Part shown: piece after piece, positions 10,247 to 21,848 of the stretch
Layout: each line of letters starts with the position of its first letter
How positions within the stretch are numbered: the stretch's first letter is position 1
NCBI GenBank assembly: GCA_050633305.1
Contig: JBOEGF010000024.1
Coordinates: 352,001-416,000 of the forward strand
Source: Nannocystales bacterium
Lineage (GTDB): Bacteria > Myxococcota_A > Polyangia > Nannocystales > Nannocystaceae
Direction: 5' to 3'
Length of the DNA: 64,000 nucleotides
Program-made: the position numbers and the translations under genes
Notes under the pieces: generated by a model
The model's input: only the letters and a program-made list of their open reading frames with translations
Database searches by the model: none
What the model was told of the DNA's origin: nothing

Positions 10247-11824
10247 TTAGAACACCAGCGTCAGGCGCAGGTACGCGTGCATGTCGAACACATCGTCGAC
10301 CGCGTAGCGCCGTCCGACGTTGTCGACGACGTCGCGCCGGATCGGGTTGACCTCTCGCGTTCCGGCTTCGACTTCGTCGGGGTTGCTGCCGCCCGAACCA
10401 GAGAGGTCCGCATCACCGCGGCCAGCAGCGGTGATGAAGTGGCGAGTGTCGGTGTTGGCGGTCACGCCCAGCCCAAGGTTGGCGACCTTGCCGAGGGTGA
10501 AGTTGAGCCCGCCCGTGAAGCCGAAGGACGCGTAGTCTTGGAGGTCGGTGACGCCCTCGAACTTCTGGCAGCCGCTTCCGCCGGCAGCCAGGTATCCGGG
10601 GTCGCCGGGGTTCTGCTGGGCGAAGGCCAACGCGGCGCCACGATCACAGAATCCAGCGTTCGTCGGGTTTCCGTTCTCGTCGACGGCCTGCGTGGTCGGG
10701 TCGTATGAGCCCACCATCGAAGGGCTGTCCGCGAGGAGCTCCCAGATCTCGGAGTAGCCGCGTCCTCCGTAGTGGAGGATCGAGCCGCCCTGAAGCACGA
10801 CAGCGACCTTGAGGTTCTTGGCCTTGCGCTCCCACGGAACGATCTCCGTGCCGACGGTGAGGCCGGCTTGGGACTGCGGCAAGACGGAGTCCTGAGCGCC
10901 CTCGGTCGAGAAGTCTTGGAAGATGCTTCCCGAGGCCCGAAGCGACTGGCGCCAGTGCGCCGTGAAGTACGGATCGAGGAACCGGTAGCGTCGGGACAAC
11001 GCCGTCCACACGCCAAGTTCGTGGATGCGCCGTCCGACCCGGCTGTTTCCATCGGGCTCACGCCCCTGGATGTCGCGGCTGAAGGTCATCGCACGTCCGA
11101 CCGCGAATCGGCCCTCGAACGCGATGATCCACGTCGGCATGTGCGAACGCTTGTCCTGGTTGAGCAGCGCGTACTTGAGGCCGATGTTGAGCTGATCGAG
11201 GCCGCGGCGAACCGGGCCCTTGAAGATCAGTTCGCTGTCGGGGCCGCCGAAGGGCAGGCTGGGGTTGCCGGTGTTGGTCGCGTCGAATCCCGAGGTCGGG
11301 AGGATCTCGTCACGCAGGGTCGTGCTGTTGCCCTTGTTCGTGCAAGTCGCCGCGGGCGAGCCGGTGGGGCTGCCGAACACGCAGTCGTCGGCGCGCTGGT
11401 CGAAGCTGTACTGGCGGCTGTCCGAGAGAACGACAGGCAGCTGGAAGTACAGACCGAGGTCGCGGAACAGACCAAACTCGAGCGTTGGCGTCAGCGTGTG
11501 ACGGAACTGCTCGTAGATGAGGTCCTTGACCAGCCGGTTCTCGTTGTCGCCGGGGCGCCCGCTGTTCCATTCACGAAGAATGGCGGCTCGCTTGTAGTTG
11601 AAGTCGTAGGCGACGCCCAGGTGCACATCGAAGACGTTGTCGTCCTCGAAGGCCGTGGCGACGCGCGTGACGTCAGCGGCTTGGGCCTCGCTCGCAGCTC
11701 CAAGGACACCGCCCGCAACGGCAAGCGCGGCAATGAGCTGGCGCCCGCCGCGGCGACGTGGAACGTCCCGGGCAGTACGAGTGGAGCCGGAGAAGTTGCG
11801 CTGGGAAGTGGAGCGCGTACGCAT
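10247..11824 (-). CDS. Secreted hypothetical protein, probable outer-membrane beta-barrel (myxobacterial)
   Basis: Signal peptide ending AQA-A, alternating amphipathic strands, C-terminal Phe (YLRLTLVF). Confidence 0.7.
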   Translation of the reverse strand: MRTRSTSQRNFSGSTRTARDVPRRRGGRQLIAALAVAGGVLGAASEAQAADVTRVATAFEDDNVFDVHLGVAYDFNYKRAAILREWNSGRPGDNENRLVKDLIYEQFRHTLTPTLEFGLFRDLGLYFQLPVVLSDSRQYSFDQRADDCVFGSPTGSPAATCTNKGNSTTLRDEILPTSGFDATNTGNPSLPFGGPDSELIFKGPVRRGLDQLNIGLKYALLNQDKRSHMPTWIIAFEGRFAVGRAMTFSRDIQGREPDGNSRVGRRIHELGVWTALSRRYRFLDPYFTAHWRQSLRASGSIFQDFSTEGAQDSVLPQSQAGLTVGTEIVPWERKAKNLKVAVVLQGGSILHYGGRGYSEIWELLADSPSMVGSYDPTTQAVDENGNPTNAGFCDRGAALAFAQQNPGDPGYLAAGGSGCQKFEGVTDLQDYASFGFTGGLNFTLGKVANLGLGVTANTDTRHFITAAGRGDADLSGSGGSNPDEVEAGTREVNPIRRDVVDNVGRRYAVDDVFDMHAYLRLTLVF

Positions 11825-11873
11825 GGTTAGATCGAGGTGTGAGCGGGCCAATAGGACCCGTTCAAGCGAGGGC

Positions 11874-11903
11874 ACGCTACCAGCGCACGCCGCAGAACGT
11901 CAA
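11874..11903 (-). promoter_or_regulatory. Sigma70-like promoter for the 10247-11824 gene
   Basis: Minus strand TTGACG-18 nt-TAGCGT, about 50 nt upstream of the ATG. Confidence 0.4.
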
Positions 11904-12020
11904 TGTTTGTCGGCACCTGCAGGTCGACGTGTGGGGGCGCGTGGGACCTCCGCGCGTGTGTAGACGTTCAGCACCCAGCCCGGGCAACGCCCGACGTGTG
12001 CCGCGGCGGCCCGGTGCGCC

Positions 12021-13559
<1,539 letters not shown>

Positions 13560-13562
13560 GCC

Positions 13563-15779
13563 CTACGGTCCCACACCCTCGGGCGATTTGGCCACCTCAG
13601 GCTGCGGCAAGTCATCACCCGAGCTCCGTTCGGGATCTTCGTCGTCCGGTGCTTCCGCGGGCAAGCGCGGCCGTCCAACCGCACTCGCGGCGGCATCCGC
13701 TTCGGTCACGGGCAGCAACACGGTGAAGCGCGCGCCTCCATCGGGCTGGTTGCCGACCTCGATCACGCCGCGGTGGTTTTCCACGATGCGCTGACTGATC
13801 GGCAGACCCAGGCCGGTGCCGCCGCTCTTGGTCGTGTGGAAGGGGACGAACAGGTTGGTGATCGTCTGGTGCGACAGGCCATGCCCGTTGTCCCAGACCG
13901 TGACCGCGATCGCGTCGGCGCGCAGAAGGCCGCGACGGCGAAAGTCGATGTCGACGCCGATCCGGCCCTCGCCCTCCTGATGCTCGATCGCGTCGAACGC
14001 GTTGAGCATGAGGTTGTGGAGCACTTGCCGCAGCGCGTCGCCGTCACCGCGAACGGGGGGAAGGTCGGTGGGCTCGTCGAAGCTGACCTTCTTGCGTTGC
14101 TCTTCGGAGAGCAGTCGCAGGGTCGCTTTGACGACATCCCGCATCCGGACCTTGCCCAACTCGCCAGCGAACGGGCGAGAGTAGGTGAGGAACTGCGACA
14201 CGACGCGGTTGAGACGATCGACCTCCTCGACGATGATCTCGAGGTACTCCTGAACATCGTCGTCGAACTGATCCTTGCTCGGCTCCACGACCAAGACCGC
14301 GCCTTTGATCGCGCCCAGGGGGTTGCGGATCTCGTGCGCGAGGCCGGCGGCCATCTCCCCGAGGGCAGCCAAACGGTCACGCTCCTTGCGGGCCTCGTAG
14401 ACCTCGGAGTTTTGCAGGGTCGTCGCAGCCTGGGCGACGACCCCCTCGAACAGCCGAACTTCCTCGCGGGAGAAGGGTTCGAGCAGGCGCTCGTCGTCGA
14501 CGAACAGCGCGCCCAGCAGTTGGGGAGCGGCCCCCGGATCGTCGATGTCCAGGCGGGCCCGACCGATGATGGGCAGGGCCAGGGACGCCTTGAGTTCTCC
14601 GAGGGTCTCGAGCACCTGGTTGTGCTCGGCGCGGTCCTCCGGGCGCTCGCGTTGGCGGGAGCGCTGCAGCACGTCGCGGAGCATGGGCCCTCCGTGCAGC
14701 AGTCGGTCCAGCAGGGGACGGCGTGCTGCGAGGTCGAGTCGCGGCAGCGAAGTCGGGCCCAGATGGCTCGCCAAAGTCAGCGAAGTGCCCTGGCGGTCGA
14801 TCAGATACAGCGACGCCCGGGTCACGCGGTGTGATGCCTCGAGTTCCTCCATCACCACGCGGGCCATCTCATCGGAGTCGATCACCCCGGTGAGCTTGTG
14901 GCGCAGCTGCACCAAGATGCTGCGCAGGATCGGTCGATCGCGTAGAAACCAGCCTTCGATTCGGCTCTCGATCTCGGTGCGAACGGGCTCCATCAACACG
15001 ATCACCGCGAACGAAGCGACTGCGGTGTTGAAGACGAACAGAGAGCGGGTGCCCTTGTCTGCAGTGGGGATCCACAACAGCAGCAGCGCGTACAACCCCG
15101 TGACGATGGCGATGAGGAACGCCATGGACCCGATGCGCAACGCGACCTCGGGCAGGTCGAGCAAGCGCTCTCGGACCAGGGTTTGTGCGACGAAGTAGAG
15201 GTAGACCGCCGTGACGATGGGGCCGACGGCGGGGACGAGTGGGGAGCCCAGGGCGAGGGTGATGACCGTCGCGTAGAAGAGGTAACGAAGGCGTGGTGCG
15301 GCGGCGGTGCCGTCGGCAGCTCGCGCGGCTCGCCACACGCGGGTGGCCGCAAACAGCAGTCCACCCATCACGAACACGATCAGGACCAGCGGGACGACGT
15401 CCCAAAGAGGATGTTCTTCGAGTGCGGGGAAGAACAGCGAGACGGTCTGCGCGACCACCAGGAACAAGCCCGTGAACCGCTGGATGCGTCCGCCGCGGTG
15501 ATCCACCGCCGGCACGAAGCTGGACAGGGCACGATCTGCGCTCCATGGGAGCAGCAACGAGATGGTCTGCGCGAACCATCCGAACAGGTGCACACCCGAG
15601 AAACCGAAGAAGAATCGACCGAGGTGGTACAGGCCCAGGTTGAAGCAGAAGAAGGCGTAGAGCACGAACTGCTCCCGCTTTCGGTCCCGCAGCACGACCG
15701 AGGTGCCGATGGCGAACGCGACCGTGGCGGCCAGCAGCGAGCTGAGACTCTCGCTGAGGGTGGTCAGGGACGGATCCAC
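13563..15779 (-). CDS. Multi-TM sensor histidine kinase with a GAF-like domain
   Basis: Several N-terminal TM helices, H-box LAHEIRNPL, N-box NLMLNA, DNGHG, FHTTKSGGTGLGL; start estimated (GTG). Confidence 0.93.
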   Translation of the reverse strand: MDPSLTTLSESLSSLLAATVAFAIGTSVVLRDRKREQFVLYAFFCFNLGLYHLGRFFFGFSGVHLFGWFAQTISLLLPWSADRALSSFVPAVDHRGGRIQRFTGLFLVVAQTVSLFFPALEEHPLWDVVPLVLIVFVMGGLLFAATRVWRAARAADGTAAAPRLRYLFYATVITLALGSPLVPAVGPIVTAVYLYFVAQTLVRERLLDLPEVALRIGSMAFLIAIVTGLYALLLLWIPTADKGTRSLFVFNTAVASFAVIVLMEPVRTEIESRIEGWFLRDRPILRSILVQLRHKLTGVIDSDEMARVVMEELEASHRVTRASLYLIDRQGTSLTLASHLGPTSLPRLDLAARRPLLDRLLHGGPMLRDVLQRSRQRERPEDRAEHNQVLETLGELKASLALPIIGRARLDIDDPGAAPQLLGALFVDDERLLEPFSREEVRLFEGVVAQAATTLQNSEVYEARKERDRLAALGEMAAGLAHEIRNPLGAIKGAVLVVEPSKDQFDDDVQEYLEIIVEEVDRLNRVVSQFLTYSRPFAGELGKVRMRDVVKATLRLLSEEQRKKVSFDEPTDLPPVRGDGDALRQVLHNLMLNAFDAIEHQEGEGRIGVDIDFRRRGLLRADAIAVTVWDNGHGLSHQTITNLFVPFHTTKSGGTGLGLPISQRIVENHRGVIEVGNQPDGGARFTVLLPVTEADAAASAVGRPRLPAEAPDDEDPERSSGDDLPQPEVAKSPEGVGP

Positions 15780-15863
15780 GCCGGGCGAGTCTGCCACGTC
15801 CAGGCCGCGCACATGTGGGCCTGAAGCTGGTTGCCCCGGCCGGACTCTGGCATTCTGATTGCG

Positions 15864-16136
15864 ATGGCCGCCATCATCGACAACGAGAAGCGTGCGCAAC
15901 AGAAGGCGCGGGCGATCGCATCGGACATTTATCTGTACAACAAGGCCAAGATCGAGGAGTCGCTCAAGAACGATTCGTTCTTCGACGAGCCGGATCTGTC
16001 CGAGTTGATCACCGAGGGCCGCGACCTGTTCCGCAGCGGTGTGACGCCCGAGATGTTCAAGCAGAACTTCTACGACCGAGCGATCGTCGACCGCGTCATC
16101 AAGCCGATGGCCGCGCTCGAGAGCAAGATCTGGTAG
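15864..16136 (+). CDS. Small conserved hypothetical protein (ARAIASDIYLYN motif)
   Basis: 90-aa ORF with strong GC3 codon bias; motif resembles a deltaproteobacterial domain of unknown function; abuts the RluA-family gene. Confidence 0.75.
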   Translation: MAAIIDNEKRAQQKARAIASDIYLYNKAKIEESLKNDSFFDEPDLSELITEGRDLFRSGVTPEMFKQNFYDRAIVDRVIKPMAALESKIW

Positions 16137-16153
16137 CGCCGCTGACCATCGCG

Positions 16154-17104
16154 TTGGGCGAGGACGCGCTCGGGCAGCGACTCGACCGGGTGCTCGTTGC
16201 GGCGCTGCGCGAGGCTGGGCACGTGATGTCCCGCAACGCGCTGCGCGCTTCGTTCGACGCCGGCGAGGTGACCCTGGATGGCAGCCGCCTCAAGCCTTCG
16301 CTCGAGGTTGCGAGGCCTATGGTCGTCTCGGTTGTGCTGCATCCTCCGGCGCCGCTACGGGCTGTTCCCGAGCCGGTGCCGTTGGCGATCCTGCACGAAG
16401 ACGCGGATCTACTCGTGATCGACAAGCCGGCGGGCGTCGTTGTGCACCCCTCCGCTGGGCATTCCGGTGGCACGCTCGTCAACGGCGTCCTGCATCACCT
16501 CGGCGTCGGCGCGGACGGGCTTCCTGTCCTGCCGGGAAACGACGCGACGCGGCCCGGGGTGGTGCATCGACTCGACCGCGATACCTCCGGCGCGATGGTC
16601 TTCACCAAGACCCCCGCGGCGGCCGCTTCGTTGGCCGCGCAGTTTCAGGCCCACAGCATCGAGCGGCGATACCTGGGGGTCCTCAGCGCTCTGCCTGCGT
16701 TCGACCTTCAAACGTTCGAGACGCCGCACAACCGCGACCCCGGGGAACGCAAGCGCTTCGCGCCGGTGGAGGGCGGCTCGTCGCGCCGGGCGGTGACCCA
16801 TGTGAAGATCGTCGAACGCATGCCGACGGCAGCGATCGCCCATTTCACACTCGAGACCGGGCGCACCCATCAGATCCGTATGCACGCCCGCCACTTTGGT
16901 GCGCCCATCTTTGGCGATGCGCTCTATGGCAAGCCGCCGCGCGACGAAGTGCGTCGAGGCCTATGGACTCGGCTCGGGCGGCATGCGCTCCACGCCGAGG
17001 TCTTGGGCTTCCAACACCCGAGCACCGGAGCCCAGGTTCGATTCACCGCAGTCTTGCCCCCTGAACTCGACACGCTGATCTCCGCGCTCCGCACCACGCC
17101 CTGA
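16154..17104 (+). CDS. RluA/RluD family 23S rRNA pseudouridine synthase
   Basis: S4-like RLDRVL, DKPAGVVVHP, catalytic HRLDRDTSG, LETGRTHQIRMH, ALHA; start estimated. Confidence 0.92.
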   Translation: MGEDALGQRLDRVLVAALREAGHVMSRNALRASFDAGEVTLDGSRLKPSLEVARPMVVSVVLHPPAPLRAVPEPVPLAILHEDADLLVIDKPAGVVVHPSAGHSGGTLVNGVLHHLGVGADGLPVLPGNDATRPGVVHRLDRDTSGAMVFTKTPAAAASLAAQFQAHSIERRYLGVLSALPAFDLQTFETPHNRDPGERKRFAPVEGGSSRRAVTHVKIVERMPTAAIAHFTLETGRTHQIRMHARHFGAPIFGDALYGKPPRDEVRRGLWTRLGRHALHAEVLGFQHPSTGAQVRFTAVLPPELDTLISALRTTP

Positions 17105-17154
17105 GCCCTCCGCGGCGGTTCCTTGGTGTTCCGACATGCTGCTAGCCTTGCGGC

Positions 17155-17880
17155 GTGCTCGAACGCAGCGCCAAGCTCTCCGCGATTCCCGGGCTCAAGC
17201 ACGGTTTCACCAACCGACTCGGCGGCGTGAGCACGGGCGCGTTCGACTCTCTCAACCTCGGGTTGAAGTGGGGCGATGACCCTGAAGCGGTCGCCGAGAA
17301 CTTGAAGCGGGTGGCGGACGCGGGCGGTTACCCCCCGCGGACGCTGCGGCGGGTCAATCAGGTCCATCGCGGGGATGTCGTGCGCGCCACGTCGTTGAAC
17401 GACGCCTCGGAAGCCGATGGCCTGTGGTGCACGCGTGACGATCGGGTGACGGCTGCGGTCTCCACGGCAGACTGCGTCCCCATCTTGCTCGCCAACACGG
17501 AGGGCACCGTGGCCGCGGCAGTCCACAGTGGGTGGCGGAGCACGGTCGCCGGGATCGCGGGAGCGGCGGTCGACTCGTTGGGGGTCGACCCTGCAACTGT
17601 CGTGGCCGCGATCGGTCCCTGCATCGAGCAGGCGCGGTTCGAGGTTGGTCCTGAGGTCGCCGCGCAGTTCGACGGCGCGTTCGTGGACGTGACCTCCTAC
17701 GCGAAGCCGCACATCGACCTCGTCGCCGTGGTCACCGAGCAACTCCGCAAGGCCGGGGTGTTGGTCAGCAACATCGAGCGGGTCGGGACGTGCACCCATG
17801 CCCACCCGGAGCGCTACTTCTCCTATCGGCGGGACGGCGCCGGGACCGGCCAGATGATGTCCTTCGTCGGATATGCGTGA
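17155..17880 (+). CDS. pgeF: Peptidoglycan editing factor PgeF / YfiH-family purine nucleoside phosphorylase
   Basis: HGFTNRLGGVS, SLNLG, QVH, TADCVPIL, HSGWR, IGPCI, FSYRRD; follows the rluD-like gene as usual. Confidence 0.92.
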   Translation: MLERSAKLSAIPGLKHGFTNRLGGVSTGAFDSLNLGLKWGDDPEAVAENLKRVADAGGYPPRTLRRVNQVHRGDVVRATSLNDASEADGLWCTRDDRVTAAVSTADCVPILLANTEGTVAAAVHSGWRSTVAGIAGAAVDSLGVDPATVVAAIGPCIEQARFEVGPEVAAQFDGAFVDVTSYAKPHIDLVAVVTEQLRKAGVLVSNIERVGTCTHAHPERYFSYRRDGAGTGQMMSFVGYA

Positions 17881-17905
17881 GCGGGCTCGGGAGCGCCAAA
17901 TGCAG

Positions 17906-17936
17906 AAGCCCCGCCACGAAATCGTGGACGGGGCTT
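17906..17936. terminator. Hairpin, probable terminator between convergent pgeF and a small ORF
   Basis: AAGCCCCG-CCACGA-AA-TCGTGG-A-CGGGGCTT. Confidence 0.6.
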
Positions 17937-18028
17937 GGTGTCGATGAACTGCGCGGCGAGAGGTGGGCCCGCACGCCGAAATCGGCGATTGGCCGCGCGT
18001 GGTCCGCGATCGACGCGCGCGACCGAGG

Positions 18029-18274
18029 TTACTCGACCGCGGCAGGAGCTTCGGCTTCGCCGCTGGCGTCCTGCTGGTTCAGGTTCTTGTACTCGCCCGC
18101 GAGGCCTTCGCCCTTGGGCATGATCATGCCCTGAACGGAACCAACCAGGATCCACACGAAGAACAGGCCAAAGCCGCTCATCAGGATGAGCATGCTGATG
18201 CCAGCAGCGGAGGTGATCGGGGGCTTGCTAGCTGAGGCTTCCCAGCGGTTGTCGGCGATTTCGGCTGCAGACAT
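18029..18274 (-). CDS. Small single-pass membrane protein (81 aa), unknown function
   Basis: GGAG RBS upstream of the ATG, one hydrophobic helix, acidic/Ala-rich tail. Confidence 0.65.
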   Translation of the reverse strand: MSAAEIADNRWEASASKPPITSAAGISMLILMSGFGLFFVWILVGSVQGMIMPKGEGLAGEYKNLNQQDASGEAEAPAAVE

Positions 18275-18472
18275 GTGTGTTCTCCGTGTCCCGTTCCCGG
18301 GGAGTCCCGTTTCCGGGGGTCCTGCTTCCAGGACGTTTTGGGCCTTCTCAGACCAGATGTGGGCGCCGCACCGCGGCCTCGTCCACGTTGCGAGAAACTA
18401 TCACGCGCCGCGGAACCTCGACAACTGGGACAAGCAAGATGCCTGCGGGGTTCCCGCGGTCGGGGCGCAGGG

Positions 18473-20188
18473 CTATTTTTCTGCGGCGAGGCCGTACGCA
18501 GGCAGAATCTCGCCGTTGAGCGCCTGAAGCTGGGCAAGTGCCTTGAGGTAGTTGATCTGGGCGCTCAGCGCGGATGCGGCCGCGTTGTCGATGTCGTCGA
18601 GGCGCTCGAGCACGTCGAAGTTGGTTGCGCGTCCGACGTCGAACCGGGCTTGCTCGGCTTCCAGGTTGTCCTGCGCAAGCTCGAGGGAGACCTCGGCCAC
18701 CTCGATCGACTTGCCCGCGGTTCGCAAGCCGCTGGCCGCTCGGATAACGCCAGAGGAGATCTGCTGCCGAACCTGCCGGATCTGCTCCTCGTTGCGACGC
18801 ATCTGAAGCTTGGCGGCTTGGTGCTGCGCCTTGGGGGTCCGGTTCTGAACGTCCCAGGTCAGGGTGAGCGAACCGCTGACCGTCCAGTCGGCGAGCACGC
18901 CGTCTTGCGCGACGTCATCGCTGAAGACGTTGCGGAAGGCTTCACCCCACCCACCGGTCGCGCCGGGGTCGCCCGTTTGCGCGGTGGGGAGCGTGTCGAC
19001 CGAGCGGCCTTGCGGCGTGATCGACCCGCGAAAATCCAGCTGTGGAAGCCGGTTGTTGGCCGCCACCATCTCGTCGATCCGCAGGCTGGCCCGGGCCAGC
19101 TCGAGCTGGCGGATCTGCGGGTTGGCCTGGAGGGCGTTGTCGATCTCCTCCTTCATGTCGATCGTGCGCGGAACGACGGTGGGATCGGTCGCCGGCAAGA
19201 CGCCGAGCAGGTCGCGGTCGGCGAAGTCCTGTCCGAGCAGCGAGCGAAGGTTGAGGCTGGTGTCCAGCAGGGAGTTCTCGGCGGCGAGGACGTCGGCTTC
19301 GCGAGTCGCGATGGCCTGCTCGACCGCCTTGATGTCTACGGGGGACAGGCGGCCTGCGGACACGAGGGCTTCGGTGCGCTCGAGTTGCCGCTGGACTTGA
19401 ACGACGCTGCGTCGTTTGTTGTCGAGGTCCCGGTGGGCGAACAAGACGTCCCAGTATGCGCTGATGATGTCGCGAGCCAGGTTTTGCGCGGTGAGCTGTC
19501 GTCCCGCCTGAGCCTGCGTAACCGCGATTTCTGCCCTGTCGCGGTTGGCGCGGTTGACCTCGAGTCCAGCGCCCCGCAGCAACGGGTGGTTGATCGTCAG
19601 CGTGGGAACGAGCGAGTAGGTGGCCAGGGTCGTCGCACCCTGACTGGCGTCGAGGAAGCTGACCGGCTGATCGGTGAGGGTCCGATTAACCCCGAGGGTC
19701 AGGGACACGTCGCCGCCGGTTTCGAGCGCGCGTTGAAACCCGAAGTCCGCGCCGACCGAGCGCGAGCCGAGGGCGAAGGCGAATGACGAACCACGCTGCG
19801 GGCTCTCACTGAACGCGGCATTGAGACCCGCGGTCAGGAACACATCGTAGGCGCCGATCGCAGCGAGGATCTGCGTCTCGGCGATCTCGATGTCGGTCTG
19901 TCCCAGCACGAGATCGAGGTTGGTGTTGGCGGCTTCGGTGAGCACGCTGCTCAGCTCGAGTGGCTCCGAATCGAACGGCGGGACGTAGTCGTCACGCAGC
20001 CCGATCGTGGGCGCTTCCCGGACTGGGTTCTCTGCGCCGATGTCGGGTTGAGGAGCGGCAGAGGGGGGAGGAGGCTGCGTGGGTTCCGCGGCGGCTGGAG
20101 CATCGGGATCTCCCGCCGGGGCGGGGGCATCGGCCGAGGTCTCGGGAGCCAGGGCGAGGAACAGCGCGGGAAGCAGAAAAGGGGACAC
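18473..20188 (-). CDS. TolC family outer membrane efflux protein
   Basis: Signal peptide, Pro-rich linker, two OEP repeats (AYWDVLFA; AEQARFDVGRATNFDVL). Confidence 0.9.
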   Translation of the reverse strand: MSPFLLPALFLALAPETSADAPAPAGDPDAPAAAEPTQPPPPSAAPQPDIGAENPVREAPTIGLRDDYVPPFDSEPLELSSVLTEAANTNLDLVLGQTDIEIAETQILAAIGAYDVFLTAGLNAAFSESPQRGSSFAFALGSRSVGADFGFQRALETGGDVSLTLGVNRTLTDQPVSFLDASQGATTLATYSLVPTLTINHPLLRGAGLEVNRANRDRAEIAVTQAQAGRQLTAQNLARDIISAYWDVLFAHRDLDNKRRSVVQVQRQLERTEALVSAGRLSPVDIKAVEQAIATREADVLAAENSLLDTSLNLRSLLGQDFADRDLLGVLPATDPTVVPRTIDMKEEIDNALQANPQIRQLELARASLRIDEMVAANNRLPQLDFRGSITPQGRSVDTLPTAQTGDPGATGGWGEAFRNVFSDDVAQDGVLADWTVSGSLTLTWDVQNRTPKAQHQAAKLQMRRNEEQIRQVRQQISSGVIRAASGLRTAGKSIEVAEVSLELAQDNLEAEQARFDVGRATNFDVLERLDDIDNAAASALSAQINYLKALAQLQALNGEILPAYGLAAEK

Positions 20189-20505
20189 AGCAGGGGACTC
20201 GCGAAGGGAGGGCGACGGCAGAGCGGTCGAAAGGGGCGATACCGCCAGGGAACGCGGTGGTCAATGGTCTGAGCGCCGAAAACGCCCTTGTGAGCACTTG
20301 GACGTCGTAGGTCGGGCTGGGGTTTCGAGCGAACAGACGTTTTCCGGGCCGGTCGGCACGATGTAAGGTCCCGACCCGGCGCACGTTGAGGGGGGCGAAG
20401 GAGCTTCCGTCGCCCGTGACGCCCATTCCTGCGGTCATACCCCAGGGCAAATCCGCCCTGACTCGCGCAAACGATGCGCAACGCCGCGAACGCAGTGGGA
20501 AATCG

Positions 20506-21129
20506 GTGACGGACCCAAGCAACGATGAGTCCAAGGACGACGAGCGAGAGCTGGTGGAACGTGCCCAGGCGGGAGACCGGGCCGCGTTTCGCGCTCTGTA
20601 TCAACGGTTCGCCCCGTCGGTGTACCGGTACGCGATCGTGCCGACCGTGCACGACCGGACCCTCGCCGAGGATCTCCTGGCCGACACCTTCGTGCGGGCC
20701 CTCGAGAATCTCCATCGCTTCAAGTGGCAAGGACGGGGGCTGCTCCCGTGGCTCATCCGCATCGCCAAGAACCTGTGCCTCGACCACCTCCGCAAGAGCG
20801 GCCGGGTCGGCGCATGGCCGGTTGGCTTCGAGAACCTTCTCCCCGACCCCGGCGACATCGGCAGTGAAGCCGCCGTCTCGCGCCTGCAGATGGCCGGGGT
20901 CATGCGAGGCCGTATCGAGGCATGCCTCGAGGGAATCAACCCGCGCTATCGCAGGGTTGTTGAGCTTCGGCTCATGCAACAGACGCCACGGGAGCAAGCC
21001 GCGGCCGAAATGGACGTCTCGATCGGAACGCTCGACGTCCTGCTCTTCCGGGCATGCAAGGCGTTCCGTAAGGTTTACGTGCAACGCTACGGTGAGTCGC
21101 CGCAGCAAGACTTTGAAGGGGCATCATGA
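20506..21129 (+). CDS. ECF (sigma-70 family) RNA polymerase sigma factor
   Basis: LVERAQAGDRAAFRALY, AEDLLADTF, WLIRIAKNLCLDHLRK and a region 4.2 HTH; start estimated (GTG). Confidence 0.9.
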   Translation: MTDPSNDESKDDERELVERAQAGDRAAFRALYQRFAPSVYRYAIVPTVHDRTLAEDLLADTFVRALENLHRFKWQGRGLLPWLIRIAKNLCLDHLRKSGRVGAWPVGFENLLPDPGDIGSEAAVSRLQMAGVMRGRIEACLEGINPRYRRVVELRLMQQTPREQAAAEMDVSIGTLDVLLFRACKAFRKVYVQRYGESPQQDFEGAS

Positions 21130-21848
21130 CCGGTCCTGACCGAGACCCATCACAGGATTCCAAGGCGAATCTGCAGGCCAATCGCGAGGCCACCTGCGAG
21201 CAAATCGCGCGGGAGCTGGCGGCGCTTGGCGAAGAGCCGTTGGACGTCTCAGGGCAGGACGACCTCGCATTGGAGTTCGCCCTCGCGGATGGCAAGCCAC
21301 GCGCCGACATCGACGTCGCGACGGTGCAGACTCTCGCCGGTTGGGCCGACCCCGCTCGCGAGTCCGCGCAAGACGACCCTTTGTCTGAACTCGCTCAGGC
21401 CCGTGTGTGGAGAACGATCGAGCTCCGCGACAAGGCCAACGCGCCCGATTCGCAGCCCGGCTCGACGCCCGAATCGAAGCCCAGCCCGAAGCCCGGTGCG
21501 AGGTCGGACGGGGCTCGTTCGGCACGCCCGGTCTTGTTCGCAGTCGCTGCACTGCTGGCGGTCGCGGCCGCTGTGGTGCTCGTGCCGGTTCTCACGGCCG
21601 ACACTCCTGCGCTTTCGGAAGAGTCCCCCGTGGCTCGAGGGGCCACGGCTCCACCCGCGATCACCGCGGAGGAACTCGACGTCCTCTCCACCCAGGCTCG
21701 GGCCGGTTTGGCGGCTCTGGATCGGCTGAGCGGAGAGCCCTCGGGGACAGCGCGGGTCGAAGCGATGGCTTCAGACTATGCTGGACGTCTCGAAGCGCTG
21801 GGCAGCGTGCCCGGAACCGTTACGGGTCCGCAAGGAAACCAGGGATGA
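21126..21848 (+). CDS. Single-TM protein, putative anti-sigma factor
   Basis: ATGA overlap with the ECF sigma gene; cytoplasmic N-terminus, central TM helix. Confidence 0.6.
   Translation: MTGPDRDPSQDSKANLQANREATCEQIARELAALGEEPLDVSGQDDLALEFALADGKPRADIDVATVQTLAGWADPARESAQDDPLSELAQARVWRTIELRDKANAPDSQPGSTPESKPSPKPGARSDGARSARPVLFAVAALLAVAAAVVLVPVLTADTPALSEESPVARGATAPPAITAEELDVLSTQARAGLAALDRLSGEPSGTARVEAMASDYAGRLEALGSVPGTVTGPQGNQG

Noticed and set aside
20506..21129. ECF sigma as a CorE-type copper-sensing sigma factor because it lies near the cus operon
   Set aside because: It lacks the C-terminal Cys-rich domain and CxC motif of CorE, and it has a candidate anti-sigma gene.
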